From: Amoebidium appalachense
Lineage: Eukaryota > Protista > Ichthyosporea
DNA length: 64,000 nucleotides
Direction: 5' to 3'
Assembly (NCBI GenBank): GCA_963693365.1
Contig: CAVNZM010000005.1
Span: forward strand, 6,517,167 to 6,581,166
Shown: positions 37,579 to 63,440 of the stretch, piece by piece
Numbering within the stretch: the stretch's first letter is position 1
How the letters are laid out: every line of letters begins with the position of its first letter
Notes under the pieces: generated by a model
Database searches by the model: none
What the model was told of the DNA's origin: nothing
What the model saw: the letters and a program-made list of their open reading frames with translations, nothing else
Program-made: the position numbers and the translations under genes

Positions 37579-38495
37579 GTTGGGTACTAGCAAACCGACA
37601 GCGATACGCGTCTATAACTATATATATATGTGTAGTTACGTATAGTTCTCGCGACATGCATCAGTCCTAATATGGTGGCATGTTTCACGGCGAGCTGACA
37701 CGGAGTAACCTAGCTACAAGCTGAGTCACCCCACCGACTAGTTGGGCCAGTGAAACTAGTTGCAAGCTTGGCTCAGAGGACCGGCTGATGGCGGGAGATA
37801 GGGATTAGATTCCAAGAAAGGATTGGATGAAAAAAAGATGGCGGGTAGATTATCCGTAATGATTGGTCCAAAGGTTGGCCTTATCATCTGGCCCCTGGCC
37901 CTGGATCACAGCCCACGACGTGTGTGCATGTGGTTTGTATACAGCGTGAGTGAGTGTTTTTTTCATGTCTTTTTGCAAATATTTGAATTCGTGTCTTTTG
38001 GGGGGTATCCACGCAAAAAAAAAAAAAAAAAAACCGAGCTCAATCAACACGCCTCGCATCACGGCTCATGAGCAGCCACGCCGACAGAGTAACAGCTTTG
38101 CCGTGCCTGGAAATGCTTGAATCCGTTCGCGAGTTTCCTCTTTATTTTTCGTTCGTTCTCACTTCGTATAGATGATACCAATGCTGACGCTGCATCATGG
38201 TAGGACGTGTGTTGAGTTCATATATTATGAATAGTCACGAAGAGCGATCGAGCGACCACAAGCCTGCAAATTGAATATGCGTGCAAACCGGCACTACCTA
38301 TCACAGCACACACCTACCCACCCACCCCCCCACAACTTGTACTTCCCACGAATTGAAAAAATCCGTGTCTTTCCGCTGAGTTCTAAAACAAAAACCCTGC
38401 TAAAAACCCGTGGGCTAGATTTACAAAAGTTAAGCGTGCCTCGATATTCTTTTTCCTTAAAAAAAAAAAAATAAAGAAATAATTTCATTGGCATT

Positions 38496-38630
38496 TCAAG
38501 ACACGTTCATTCTGTTGTAAAGGACACGGCCCCTGTGGTTGAAAGTGCTGAAGTTGGTCCTGCTCTTGAGGATCGGCCTGTGTGTGTGTGTGTGTGTGTG
38601 TGGGTGTGTGTGTGTGTGTGTAAATGTGTG

Positions 38631-38663
<33 letters not shown>

Positions 38664-38972
38664 CGCGCGTGAGTGTGAGTGTGAGTGTGAGTGTGAGTGT
38701 GAGAGAGTGTGTGTGTGTGTGAATGTGCAAGTGAGTTAGTGAGGGTGTGTGTGTGCGTGTGTGTAAATGGGAGTGAGTGAGTGTGTGTGTAAATGGGGGT
38801 GAGTGTGTGTGTGTGTAAATTGAGTGTTGAGTGCCAGTGCCAGTGCCAGTGTGGGTGTGAATGTGCGTGTGAGTGTGTGAGTGAGTCTGAGTGTGAGTGT
38901 GAGTGCGTGTAAGCATTGTGCATGTGTGCCTGCTGTGTGCTGTGTGTCAACCATCTTCGAGCATCCTGGAGT

Positions 38973-39050
<78 letters not shown>

Positions 39051-39461
39051 GAGATCCGAACACGGGTACAAATCGAGGGGGGGGGGGGGGGGGGGGGGGG
39101 GGGAAGAGGGGGACTGCGGAGGGGCGGAAGCAGGGAGAGTGCGAAAGAGGATGAACACACGTGGGAGCACACGAGTGTGCAAGACACAAGAGACAAAGGG
39201 AAAGAGCGAGGGGTGCAGTCTAAAATGGACCCAAACGAAGCAGTAATCCAATCAAACAACCCCCCCCCCCCCCAAAAAAAAAAAAAAAAAAAAAAACCTC
39301 TTGCACCGGAACAGCAACCAAGCCTATGTGCCACCCCACCCACGGGCCGCACCCGCATATTCTGTGGGGGTTGGGGCTGGGGGGGTTGCCTGTGCTGTTG
39401 CATGCATCAAACACTCTGCACTCAGTGGTACCGGGCAGAGCTCTAATACGGAGAAGGGGGT

Positions 39462-39492
<31 letters not shown>

Positions 39493-40294
39493 TGAATGCG
39501 ACAAAAAGTACGAAGTACACAAGAACAAAACGGATAACACGAAGCAGAATGCAAGCCATACATAAAGAGTATGCATAATAAGCAGAGCCCATCCTCAGGG
39601 GGGCCCCACGTCATCCACAGTACCCGAGTTTCGACCTATTCACCTCGTTAACGAAACCCAACTCTTTTCACTTGAACATGGGTAGGTCACCCGTTTGATC
39701 AGAGACGAGCAGGATTGCTTATGCAGGCAAGGGCAGTGGGAAAGGCCGGGGGTTAAAGTTGCAGCAGTAAGCAGAAGCAAGAAAAATATAGATAGGAACT
39801 CAGGAGACGGGGCTTCTAGGAAGCTCTCCCGTCGCTACCTAAGTCGATACTTCCCTGGCTAACACACTACACCAGCTGAAAAGAATTAAGTCCCGAAGGC
39901 CGCAGAATTCGCAATCAGAGGGGAAAATATGAGATTTGACCCACGCCGCAGGGTAGTAACACGCTTACTAGGGCGGAACTTTATCGTCTTCGAACGGAAA
40001 GCTATGCCCCCGGATGTCAGCCGGAAATATGGTATCACCCATTGCTTTGGGCTTGAAAAAAGCCAAATCGATAGTCCGAGTTATGTTACGCCGGCGGGTA
40101 ACATGCCGCATGGGTTCCAAGGGAGCTGTCGCCAACAGAGCGGTGTGTGCATGCGTGGGGGGGGGGGGGGGGGGGGGGAGGGGAGGGGGGGGGAGGGAGG
40201 GGGGGGGGGGGAGGAAGAAGGGGAGAAGAGACAGGAGGGGACGGACGGACGGAGAGAGAGGGATGCTGTGGTCGAGTAGAAAGTGAGGGAGAAT

Positions 40295-40332
<38 letters not shown>

Positions 40333-40725
40333 AGAGCGACGAGAAATAGAACAAGAAAGGAAAGATCTGACACGGGGTCAGTTAAAAAAAACGGAAGAAG
40401 AAAAAAAGGAATTACAACGTAGAGTTAAGACCAAATTATACCAACACTACTTCCTACGACACGTCCAACCCCACCCTTAGTGGGCTAGAAGCTGTGCCAC
40501 CCCGTACTATCAAACCCCACACATGTGCTGGTGTGGTGTTAGCGAATGAATGGCCTTTTCCTCTTGCACCATTTTCCACACTCCGCCGTCATGTGCATCA
40601 CAGGCAGAGCTCTACTATGTGCATTTACCTCCCCCCCCCCCCCCCCCCCCCCCCCGCGCACTGTATGCCGAAAAAACAAGACAAGACCAAATAGCAAACA
40701 TCAAACATCCTCTCCCACCTCCCCA

Positions 40726-40782
<57 letters not shown>

Positions 40783-42029
40783 GCGCGCACACACACACAC
40801 ACCAGCACCTATGCATGCATGCATAGGGGGGGAAAAAAGAGAGAAGCAGATATTTAGAACGGAGCATATCATATGTAATAAAAAAGAAACACAGAAACCA
40901 GCCAATGTGCCACCCCATACCCGCATGAGCTGTGGGGGTTGGGGCTGGGGGGGTGCCTGTGCTGTTGCACGCATCAAACACTCTGTACTCAGTCGTATCG
41001 GGCAGAGCTCTAGTGCCGTGCACGGAGGTGTGTGTGTGTGTGTGAACGGAGAGATGAAAATATAACACCATACACAGAGGAAAGAAGGGGAATATACAGA
41101 AGAATCATAGAGTGGGACAACCAGACACAAACCAAACTGAACACGAATCAAGGATGAAGGAGTAAATATAAAGGGTGGGAGGAGGAAGGGTTTAGAATGT
41201 GTTATAGAGCACGAAGTACACATAAACAACGAACAGCAAAAAGCAGAGTGCAAACCACACACAAAGAGTACGCATTATAAGCAGAGCCCATCCTAGGAGA
41301 GACGGGAAGGAGGGAGCGGCGGGAAGGCAGGAGTGAGAGAAAGGGTTACAGAGAGAGAGCGAGAGCATTTGTCTGCACATAAGCAAGCGCTCGACAGGGA
41401 AGTGAGGGATTGGGCGAGCGGGCCCAGGGGAGGAGGGAGGGGAGGGGGGAGGGGGGGGGGGGAAGAGATAGGGGGGGACGGACGGAGGAAGAGAGGGAGG
41501 TTAAGGTCGAGAAGGAAAGGGGGAGGTAGAGGGAGACGGACAGGTAGAGAGAGAGATGAGAAAAAGAACAAGAAAAGAAGGTCCTAAAAACAAAAAAAGA
41601 AGGGGGAAAAAAAGCAACTAAAAAGGAAAAGTTCAGGCCAATTTACACAAACACCACGTCCTTTACACAAGCACTTCCTACGACACGTCCAACCCCACCC
41701 TTATAGGTTGGAAACTGTGCCACCCCGTACTATCAAACCCCACACATGTGCTGGTGTGGTGTTAGAGAATGAATGGCCTTTTCCTCTTGCACCATTTTCC
41801 ACATTCCGCCGTCATGTGCATCTCAGACAGAGCTCTACTATGTGCATTCCCCCCCCCCCCCCCCTCCCCCCCTCCCCACCTCCCTGCCCACTGTATGCCG
41901 AAAAACGAGAACAAGACTAAACAGTAAACATCAAACATCCCCTCCCACCTCCCCCAAACACACACACACACAGAGGCACACACACCCACGTACACACACA
42001 CACACAGAGAGAGAGTAGAGAGAGACACA

Positions 42030-42090
<61 letters not shown>

Positions 42091-42343
42091 AAACACACAC
42101 ACACATCAAACACACACATCAGCAAATATGCATAGGGGAAGACAAAAAGAGCAGCGGATATTTGGAACGGAATATATGATAAAAAGCATGAATACAGCAA
42201 CCAAGCTTATGTGCCACCCCACTCACACGCCGCACCCGCATATTCTGTGGGGGTTGGGGCTGGGGGGGTTGCCTGTGCTGTTGCACGCATCAAACACTCT
42301 GCACTCAGTCGTATCGGGCAGAGCTCTACTGCCGTGCACACAG

Positions 42344-42387
<44 letters not shown>

Positions 42388-42549
42388 GTGAGAGTGTGTG
42401 TGTGTGTGTGTGTGTGTAAAAAGGGAAGGAAAATAAAAAAATACATAAAAGAAAAAGGAGGCGACATAGCGGTGAAACATTGTATGCACGAAGGTTATAT
42501 GGGGAAGAGGTGGGTGGGTGTGTGGAGGTATGGTGAAGAGAGGGTGTGT

Positions 42550-42580
<31 letters not shown>

Positions 42581-42705
42581 GGGGGGGGGGGGAACATACG
42601 CAGGCATGTTGCTCAGATCGTGTATGTTCTGGAAGTCACCAGCAGTGCCAGCAATGCCGAACAGCACCAGGGCAAAGGCACCCATGGTCTGGTAGAAAAT
42701 CTGAA

Positions 42706-42747
<42 letters not shown>

Positions 42748-42973
42748 AAAGAAGAATGGTGTCATTGGAGTGGCAAGTGGGCGGGAAAAAAAACTATCAT
42801 GACGTTGAGTGCAAGTGGTATGTATGCAGGAGGAAAGGCAACAAGTAGCAGTTGGAGATAAAGAGGGGGGGGGGGAGAGCAACGAAGGCATGTGTAGGCT
42901 TATGACCATGTTTGTGTGTCTGGGTGTGAGCGCGTGTGTGTCTGTGCGTGTGTGTGTGGGGAGGGGGGGGGGG

Positions 42974-43010
<37 letters not shown>

Positions 43011-43335
43011 TGTATGTGTGTGTGTGTGCGTGGGCCGCCCCAGGTGTGTGTGGAGGTGTGTGTACGTGAAGGTGTGTGCATGGGGAGGGAGACAGGGGCG
43101 GGGGGAAGGGGAAGTGAGAGGGGGGAGAGACAAAGAATGAAAAGGGGGTGGGTGGGTGGCAGCGGGGAGAGGGGAGGCGGAGGGGGGGGGGGGGGGGGGA
43201 GGGGGGGGGGGGGATGATATTGAATATCCAAGTACGAAGCACACATTCACAACGGGCAACACAATGCAGAATGCAAACCACACATAAAGAGTATGCATAA
43301 TAAGCAGAGCCCATTACCGGGGGCGGGATGGAAGG

Positions 43336-43372
<37 letters not shown>

Positions 43373-44881
43373 AGTCAGGTGGGGGAGTAGAGAACGAGTT
43401 AGAATGGGCAGGGGTGGCGGCGGTGATGGTAGAGAAAGGGGCTAGGCGGGTAGGGGAGGGGGAGAATTGGGAAGGAGGGAGGGGGGCTAAAGCAGCAAAG
43501 GGTTGGGGGGAGGCAGAGACACGCCAAAACAGACCATCAACTTACACACACGTGCAGATGGTTAAGGGCTATGGGGTGGGTTGGGGGGGAAGAGGGGTAA
43601 GGGGGGCAGGGAGAGAGGGGAAAAAGGATGTGGCTGAAAGTTCTAATTTGAAGAAGATGACTCTAGTGGAAAGACACGGAAGGGGGGCATGGCTGTGGTG
43701 GTGCACGTGGGAGAAGAAAACGTGATAGTGAAACGATCTTGCTCCTTAACGGATAGTCTAAGCAAAAGCATCGCTTAAACACAGGATCATCATGACTTAT
43801 AAAAAAGTGGAGCGAACCGAGCATGTCGCTGGTACACTACTGCCAGAGCAGAATTCAGAATTCAGGAACAAGGTTAGGGAAGGGCGGAGGGGGGAGGGAG
43901 GCCCGGGGAAGGGGGAGGGGGAGGGGGTGGGTGTGTGTGTGTGGGGGTGGGGGGGGGGGGGGGGGAGGGGGGGGGGGGCGGGGGGGATGGAAACTAAAAG
44001 TGAAGGTAGCAAGGGGGGCAGAGATGGGTGCCGACCAGCACGCGCACGTATGTAAGCGTGTGTGTGTGTGTGTGTGTTGGGGGGATGGGGGAAGGGGGAG
44101 GGGAGGCAGAGGGGGGGAGGGAGGGACTTGCATCGTTTGGTAGATGCTTAAAGGGCTCATCCATAAGGGAAAGGTATCTGCGGTCTGTGGAGGTTGGCGT
44201 GTCAGACGGGGACCAAAATCAGGGACGCTCAGAATAAACACAGAGAGAATCATCTGACTTACATTGCCATCTTCCCTTCTTCCCTCCCCTCCCCCCTCCC
44301 CCCACCCTCCCCCCCCACCCCCGGCCCCTCTCTTTCCTTCCTCCCCCTCCCCCTCCACTAAACGCACGCACACGCGCACGCACGCACACACGGACACACG
44401 CATGCATACACACTCGCGCGCGCGCCCACACACGCACACGCACGCACGCACACAGCGGCTGTGTCACCTCACCCCACTTCCATTTCACTATCTAGCTCTC
44501 GTTCTTTGAAGGGGAAAAAAATTAGGCCGAAGGGCAACGGGAGAGTGAGATGGGGAGGGGGGAAGGGGGGGGGGGGGGGGGGGAGGGGGGGAAGGGAGAG
44601 GGAGGAGGAAGGGGGGGGGGGGGGGGGGGGGGGGGGGATGGTGCTAAGAAAATAACAGTGGCCAGGGGAGAAAAAGTGGACCAACCAAACAGAAGGACTA
44701 GAATGGGTAAACCGTAAATTAATCCAACTCAAAAGATCTATACGATGAGAGAGCAACATGAAGAGAGGGAGGGGCAAAACAGGAAAAAGGGGTATAAAGT
44801 TGGAGACGTACGTTGTATTGCCGAGTATGCACTGTTGATTAGCAGGAGAAACCCCACCGCCAAAAACAACTTGGCGCTCAT
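38496..44881 (-). CDS. MMGT1: ER membrane protein complex subunit 5 / membrane magnesium transporter (EMC5/MMGT1), 101 aa, 4 exons
   Basis: Exons 44881-44812, 44184-44132 (GC donor), 42700-42600 and 38577-38496 give [101 protein letters not shown], matching the family pattern AxSAxQHR..LPxDIxxQT..AGxF..FNHRGRVL. Confidence 0.9.
39324..39452 (-). ncRNA. Box H/ACA-like RNA, variant C1 (5' lower stem decayed)
   Basis: Hairpin (ctctgc/gcagag), H box ACAGCA, second hairpin, ACA box; paralogue of 42207-42338. Confidence 0.55.
39490..40155 (-). mobile_element. Repeat family A, copy 2 (5'-truncated, small deletion in the pseudoknot helix)
   Basis: Reverse complement of ~6605-7272; 3' end abuts a G-run on the plus strand; lacks agatactg relative to the other copies. 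Confidence 0.85.
40490..40623 (-). ncRNA. Box H/ACA-like RNA, variant C2
   Basis: Lower stem tgcac/gtgca, pocket gtagag / tgtgg, upper stem ctctgcc/ggcggag, H box AGAGGA, second hairpin gccattc/gggtggc, ACA box; 134 nt. Confidence 0.65.
40903..41022 (-). ncRNA. Box H/ACA-like RNA, variant C1 (shortened second hairpin)
   Basis: Same hairpin-ACAGCA-hairpin-ACA layout as 42207-42338. Confidence 0.55.
41190..41295 (-). mobile_element. Diverged 3'-terminal fragment of family A
   Basis: Plus strand reads ...cacgaagtacac...gcagagtgcaaaccacac...taagcagagcccatcct. Confidence 0.7.
41713..41846 (-). ncRNA. Box H/ACA-like RNA, variant C2 (second copy)
   Basis: Near-identical to 40490-40623; H box AGAGGA and ACA box retained. 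Confidence 0.65.
42207..42338 (-). ncRNA. Box H/ACA-like RNA, variant C1
   Basis: Lower stem tgcacg/cgtgca, pocket gtagag / tgtttga, upper stem ctctgc/gcagag with UGAG in the loop region, H box ACAGCA 15 nt after the upper stem, second hairpin gcaacccc/ggggtggc, ACA box; 132 nt. Confidence 0.68.
43219..43314 (-). mobile_element. Diverged 3'-terminal fragment of family A in EMC5 intron 2
   Basis: Plus strand reads ttgaat..agtacgaagcacac..gcagaatgcaaaccacacataaagagtatgcataataagcagagcccat, flanked by G-runs. Confidence 0.75.
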
Positions 44882-45602
44882 TTTGCAGATTTGTTATACT
44901 TTAATAACTTGACAATGGATATTACGATGACTATTACAGAGCGCTCTGCTAAACTCCAAAAAAAAAAAAACGAAAAACAGCAGGTTGCGGTGGCGCTGTG
45001 CAACATGAACAAGCCTTTGAGCAAAGCAAGACGACCGTTCTTTTTTCAGTATTTTAAGATCCATCTAAAAAGGTTAAACTGATTTACTTCATAAGGGTAA
45101 ACAAAGATTTAAAACCTAAAAAGAACCACAAATTTGCCCGTCCTTCTCCTTTGTTGACGTAACATTAAAATGACGTCAGACTGTCTCCCACGCTCGGCCG
45201 GGCCTCTTTCACCAGCTCAACGGTTTCCTTGGGCCTCATTCGAAACACAGCCCCTCTTGTGACGGGTGTCTGTGTTTCCCCCCCTGCCCGGCTGTACGTG
45301 CGTGCACGCAGACAGGCGTGGGGTTACACGCACATTGATAGGCGGGTTAAAGGTCGGTCGTGAGGGGAGGCGCCCGCGGTCGTAGTATGAGCCCGCTACA
45401 GGTTGTGGTAGCGGAAACAGGAACATTACTGGAGGGAGATAAAGAGAGAGAGAGCACGTGTATGTTTCAGTGCAGTGCGTGTGTGGTTTTGTGTGTGTGT
45501 ACCTGTTTGTATGTCCCTGTGTGTGTGTTTACTTGTGAGCCCTTTATTGTGTGCGTGTGTGCGTGCGCGCGTGTGTGTTATATGTGCATGTGTGTGCATG
45601 TT

Positions 45603-45689
<87 letters not shown>

Positions 45690-47280
45690 ATCGATCCGAC
45701 ACTGTGTGCGCGTGTGCGCGTGCGTGTTTTTTTTGTGTGCACGCGCTTTGCCTCACTACAGCTGTTTATTTCAGGAGCTTTTGACTCACAATTATGGGGC
45801 TGGAGGATGGGGCTTGGGGTGTAGCGTTGTATACGAGGTCAGAAGTCTACTGAAGCCACAAAGGAGTTACATATTCCCAATTTTTATTGAGTTTATAAAA
45901 AATTTGTATAAAATGGTTGTGCAGGATAGCACTACAGATTATGGCGTTGGTGCCACGGGCACATAAAACCACTTGCAGTGTTTCTGTCTTTGTTTGGACC
46001 TGTTCAAGGCTCAATATACACCGCAGAGGAAGAGCTGTGCAGTAAAGGCATTCATGTTAAGCCTCTGATAGTTCTGATAAACTCTCCTTTCACAAACTTG
46101 AAGCTCATAAAGTGAGCAAGCAGCAAACTGGAATCATGAATACAAGTCAGTCACCAGATAAGAGGAGGCCTTCGGTGCACATGTACGGGCAAACAATCTA
46201 TATATGTACAAGCATACAATTGAGTGTGATTCATTCGTGCTGTTGTATGTGTTGGTTTTGTGCCTACGTACGTACAAAGATGCAGCAGTTAAGCATGAAG
46301 CACCAACTGAAGAAGTGTAAGTGCGTACTCATGTTGAAGCTTCTTGCAAGAATATATGCGCTTATGCATATGCATATGTGAAGTGACCACCAGTCCATGC
46401 ATAATATATGCGTGTATTCCATATGCATGCATATGCGCGTATACCATTGATGCAGAGTGGCCATGATGCACCGTTCCCAGGCACAAGGTGAAAAATTTGT
46501 ACGTGTGTTACGTTTCTTGACTGAGCTAGGCGTCAGGGAGGGAGGGAGGGGAGGGAAGAAGGGGGTGGGGGGGGGGGGCTCGTCTCAACTGAGCTTTAAG
46601 GTCGGGGCTACTGCGGGTGGGGGAGGTGGGTGTTGGGAAGGCCGGGGGAGGAGGGGAGGGGGGGGGGATGGTTTCGTATACACTTGTATATAGACGTTCA
46701 GCTTGTAATGTTCATAACAGTTTTATACCCACGTCACATTCACACTACCACTGGTGTGTGCATACGAAGACGGAAAGGCATGGACACACTTGAAGATTAT
46801 AGTAAATCGTTAATTCAAAACAGTTTATCATGCTTGCTTGAGGACTACGGCCCTATTTAGTTAGCCCATTGCTTTAGAAATGTCTATGTTATTTCAACAG
46901 AAGAAAGAATTATCAAGCCAACACGTGTTCTTGTTTCTTTGTTGTGCACATTTGTATACCTGCACGTGGGAACCCTTGAGACCGTGTGTTGTGCAGCTGT
47001 GTGTACACGAAGAAGGAATCCATGTCAACGTTAAAACAAAAGCTATCCACACTACCACTGCTATCTCTCTATCTAGGGTGGTGATCATCAGGTGTGTTCT
47101 ACTTTCAAGCACACCCGCTTTTCAAACCGGCATCTACATTTCACGCTCTCCCACCCACTTTCCGTTCAACAAACCTTGCCGGCACATGAACTCCCCAACT
47201 TACAACCAGATCATCCTCCACATTCTCCGCATTCTCCCTTACCTCCCCAATCTCTCACCCCACAACGTCTAATCTTTCGT

Positions 47281-59608
<12,328 letters not shown>

Positions 59609-60367
59609 TTTTGCGGTTGCTCTCCCTCCTGCCTGGTTGCTTGCCTGTTTGAATGATCACTCCCTCCCTCTCAAAGCCCTAATATTCGCCTGTGCCAAAA
59701 CAATCAACACAAACCGTGCTAACGCTTTCAAGCAGCCAGAAAAAAAAGCCTACAACATGCAACTATGGCCTGGTTTCTTCAAGGTAGCCCTAGATTACAC
59801 CCTAGAGCCGTAGATTATTCAATGAATGGTTGTAGGTGGTAGGGCTTTGTATATGTTATTTTGTACAGACTTACAAAATCTTCGCGTACTGGGGGCGCCA
59901 GCGCCAGTGCTGGCTGCAGGAGAGGTGGACACTGCACAGGAAGCGAGTCGGGTCAAAAGTCATAATCAATCTTGTTCGAGCCGGAGCCAACTCCGGTGCG
60001 GTTCGCTGATCTTATTTTGTAGAGCGATCTGAAAAGAGAACCTGTTATACATATATGTTTAGTAAGTTTTCATTCTTGTGGAAAAAAGATATATAGTTAG
60101 GAAAAAGTGTTTATGTTAACTATTACGGGCTTTGACACTTTTCAGAGGCTGGGTATGGTATAGCAAATTGATTTCTATTTAAAACCACTACCGGAAAGCT
60201 AGGGCCACAAAAACGCTCGACTCGGAATTTCCCTTGGAAACACGCAAACCCGATTCGAATTTGGTTGTCACCCTCGAATTGAGCATAATGCATTATGCTG
60301 ACTTAGTGATGGGCTTCATTATGCCGGCATGATCTAACATTTGGCGTCAAATACTAGTCTGTTATAC

Positions 60368-60377
60368 GTGACGTCAC
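60368..60377. promoter_or_regulatory. Palindromic CRE-like site (GTGACGTCAC) in the divergent septin/COPS9 intergenic region
   Basis: Perfect TGACGTCA between divergent start codons at 59608 and 60710; another TGACGTCA at 45171-45178 lies about 290 bp upstream of the EMC5 ATG. Confidence 0.35.
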
Positions 60378-60709
60378 AAATGTCTGTTGGCCCCACCGAA
60401 TAACTCCCATTTTCAGCAGAATAAATATTCAAGAGTCTCTATGTGCAGGCTATTTCTCAACTTTTTACGTTTTTCCTTTCAACCCCTTTCTTACGCTTTA
60501 TTTTTAGTCGGTGAAGGCTTGAAGATTCTTTTTGAGTTGTACCCGAAATTTTTTTGGAATAAGCTCTCTCTGACGTTTGTGACTTCCACAATAATTTCAG
60601 TTCGTCTCTACACGTAAATATACACCAACCAGCTACATAATACCACACACGCACACGTATACCCTTCTCTCTGCCCTTCTACCCATCTCTTTCTGCCTAA
60701 TCTTCCAGC

Positions 60710-60901
60710 ATGAAGCGCGCAGCTCTCCGCCAGTCGAAGGGGAGGCCCAGTGGCAACTCTTTTGGTCACTGGCCCCCTCAGGTTATGCCCCACGGGGACA
60801 TGTTTGGGGAGGGCGACGACCAAAGAGCCATGCTGCTGGACACAGATGAGGTCTGGTTATTTGTCTTCCACCCTTCCCCCCCCTTCCTCCCCCCCCCCCC
60901 C

Positions 60902-60936
<35 letters not shown>

Positions 60937-61044
60937 TTTTTTTGGTTTGGGGTGGTGGTGGTGGGGGTGGGGGGGGGGGGGGGGGGGGGAGGGGAAGGGC
61001 TCCCACACATAAAGGCACAGACACACGCACACACACACTCTCTC

Positions 61045-61108
<64 letters not shown>

Positions 61109-61137
61109 TCTTCTCTCTCGCTCTCTCTCTCTCTCTC

Positions 61138-61175
<38 letters not shown>

Positions 61176-61222
61176 TTCTCTATCCGCTCTCTCTGTCTCA
61201 CAAGAGCGTGCGCACACGCACG

Positions 61223-61253
<31 letters not shown>

Positions 61254-62268
61254 ACAGACACACACACACACAAACTTAACACACTCACACATCCAATCTT
61301 TCTCTCTGTGTGTCTCTCTTTCTCCTGCCCCCTCCCCCTCCTCTCTTTCTCTCTCCTCTCTCTGCCTCTGCCTTTGTGTGTGTGTGTGCTTGTGTGTGTG
61401 TGTGTGCGTGAGTGTGTGCGCATGTGCACGGTCGCTTGTATATGCAGGTGTGTGGGTGTGCACTTGTGTGTGTTTGTGTGCATCTGTGTGCCTTGCATGT
61501 GCTGCACAAGTGCAGAGGTGTCTGTTCAATTGTGCACGGGTGCTTGTGTGTGCATATGCACGCGCACGCATGTGGGGGGGGGTATGTGTTTGTGTGTATG
61601 TATTGGGTATGACAAACAGTTTATCCATCTAAATCTTTCATCCCTCTTGTCTGCACACAGGTTCACAACTCTCTTAGTTTTCTCCGTTGCCCAACGTATA
61701 CATTCTCTTTCTCAGCCAATGTGTGTCCGTCCTTTTCTCTCCTTCTCTTTCTTCTTCCCCCCTCTCATTCTCTCCCTTCCTCCCCTCTTCGTCCCTTCCT
61801 GCCTCCCTGACTCCATCCTTCCCTTTCCCCCCCCCTCCCCCCCTCACCCCTCCCCCCCTGTCCCTCTCTTTTTCTCCCCGCTCACATATAGGCTATCTCA
61901 TTTCTGTGTTTGTGCGCATGTACGTGCCCCATAAGCCACTATCTTCTGGTATTGTGTCTGCCTGTCTTGCTGTGTCTGCAGCTTGCGTCCGATGCCGTGC
62001 AGCCGCCATGCATTCACCGTCACTTCCACATGTGTTCTTGCTCATCGCACACATTACTCATGTGCCCTCCCACCCACCTACCATCCCTCTCTCTACCACC
62101 TCCAGATGGGCAACTATGATGAGGTGCTTGCAACGGGCAGCCAGCCTGCCCCAATTGTGCACCAGGACTTCTTCAACAGTAAGCCCCCCCCCCCCCCCCC
62201 CCCCCCACCCACCCCAACCCACCCCGCCCGCCCTTGCCCGCCTGCCCGTGCGTGTGATGCATAATCTT

Positions 62269-62299
<31 letters not shown>

Positions 62300-62984
62300 G
62301 GCAAGTTGGGTGTTGTCTTGTCTGTTGTGAATATCAATGCCTATAATGATTTTCCCTCCCTCACCCCCTCTCCACTTTCTAGGTTTCTCCCAAGTGTTAT
62401 GGGTGGAATCTTCTTCGGTGTTAGACTTTGCCCTCCCCCCCCCCCATACACACACACACACATACACACACACCCCACCCCACCCCACCCCACCCCACCA
62501 CTACCACCACACATCCCCTCCCTCTTCCTGGTTTTGCATATCGTAACACGGCCTGCCCCTTACATTAAACTCCTTATTTGATAGCTTTGTTGGTTGATTG
62601 ATTAGTTTGTTCATGATTTGTTCTAAAAAAGAAAATAGAATAGCTTTCGGCATTGTACTGTGCAACCCCCCCCCCCCCCCCCCCCCCCCCCGGCCTCCCC
62701 CACCAGCACCACCTCCTCCTCCTCCGCCCACCCCTGCCTGGCCCCCTCCCTCCCCCCCCTGGCTGTGTCAGCCGCATTTGAAAGTTTCAAAACCTCCCTA
62801 ACCTCCCCTTTAAAGTTTTAAGAGCCCCTAATTACGGGCCATGTTTCTGCAAAATAAGTGTATCTCCCGTGTGATGTGTTTTTGTTTTTCCGTGCTCTAG
62901 GGGTTTGGCGATCTCGTAGTGTGTTGCATGTATTTCCCCCTCCTCCCCTTCACCCTCCTGTGGTGCATACAAACTCCCCATTCC

Positions 62985-63017
<33 letters not shown>

Positions 63018-63217
63018 TTTGTGGTGTTTGTATCTTTTATGTTCTGCTCGTTCTTGTTTGGTGAATTCGGTCTCTCATATCTACTGCCCCCCCCCCCCCC
63101 TCCCCCCCCCTTTTCTTTAAACTTTTTTTTTTATACACACACGCATACACACAAAAAAAAACACACAACAAATCTGCAGAGTTCGAAGATGACTTTGATG
63201 ACAAGGACCTGCGCTGA
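60710..63217 (+). CDS. COPS9: COP9 signalosome subunit 9 (CSNAP/MYEOV2), 3 exons
   Basis: Exons 60710-60850 (..DMFGEGDDQ..LDTDE), 62106-62178 and 63180-63217 give a C-terminus IVHQDFFNKFEDDFDDKDLR, matching the CSNAP motif VHxDFFNxFEDxFDDxD. The true start could be the downstream ATG near 60784. Confidence 0.85.
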
Positions 63218-63398
63218 TCGGATTGCCGGGGGGCCAATCATGCACCGGCAAAGCGAAGTCAGATTGACGCCAGCCAATCGGGAATTGTGCTTGATCTGCA
63301 GATGCCTTTTCCGGGTCATGGTGGCACTCATATATGAATATATGGCGAATGAAACACACACCACTCACCCCGCACACATGGATGGGCGGTGGGGGGAG

Positions 63399-63440
<42 letters not shown>

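Noticed and set aside
38950-38972. Possible EMC5 micro-exon (cag|gatgctcgaagatg|gt)
   Set aside because: Inclusion would shift the frame of the conserved FNHRGR exon; the direct 42600-38577 join is in frame.
39929-40279. [13 protein letters not shown].. recurring in family A copies
   Set aside because: It is antisense to the structured strand, disrupted in copy 1 and has no recognisable domain; recurrence just reflects recent copy identity.
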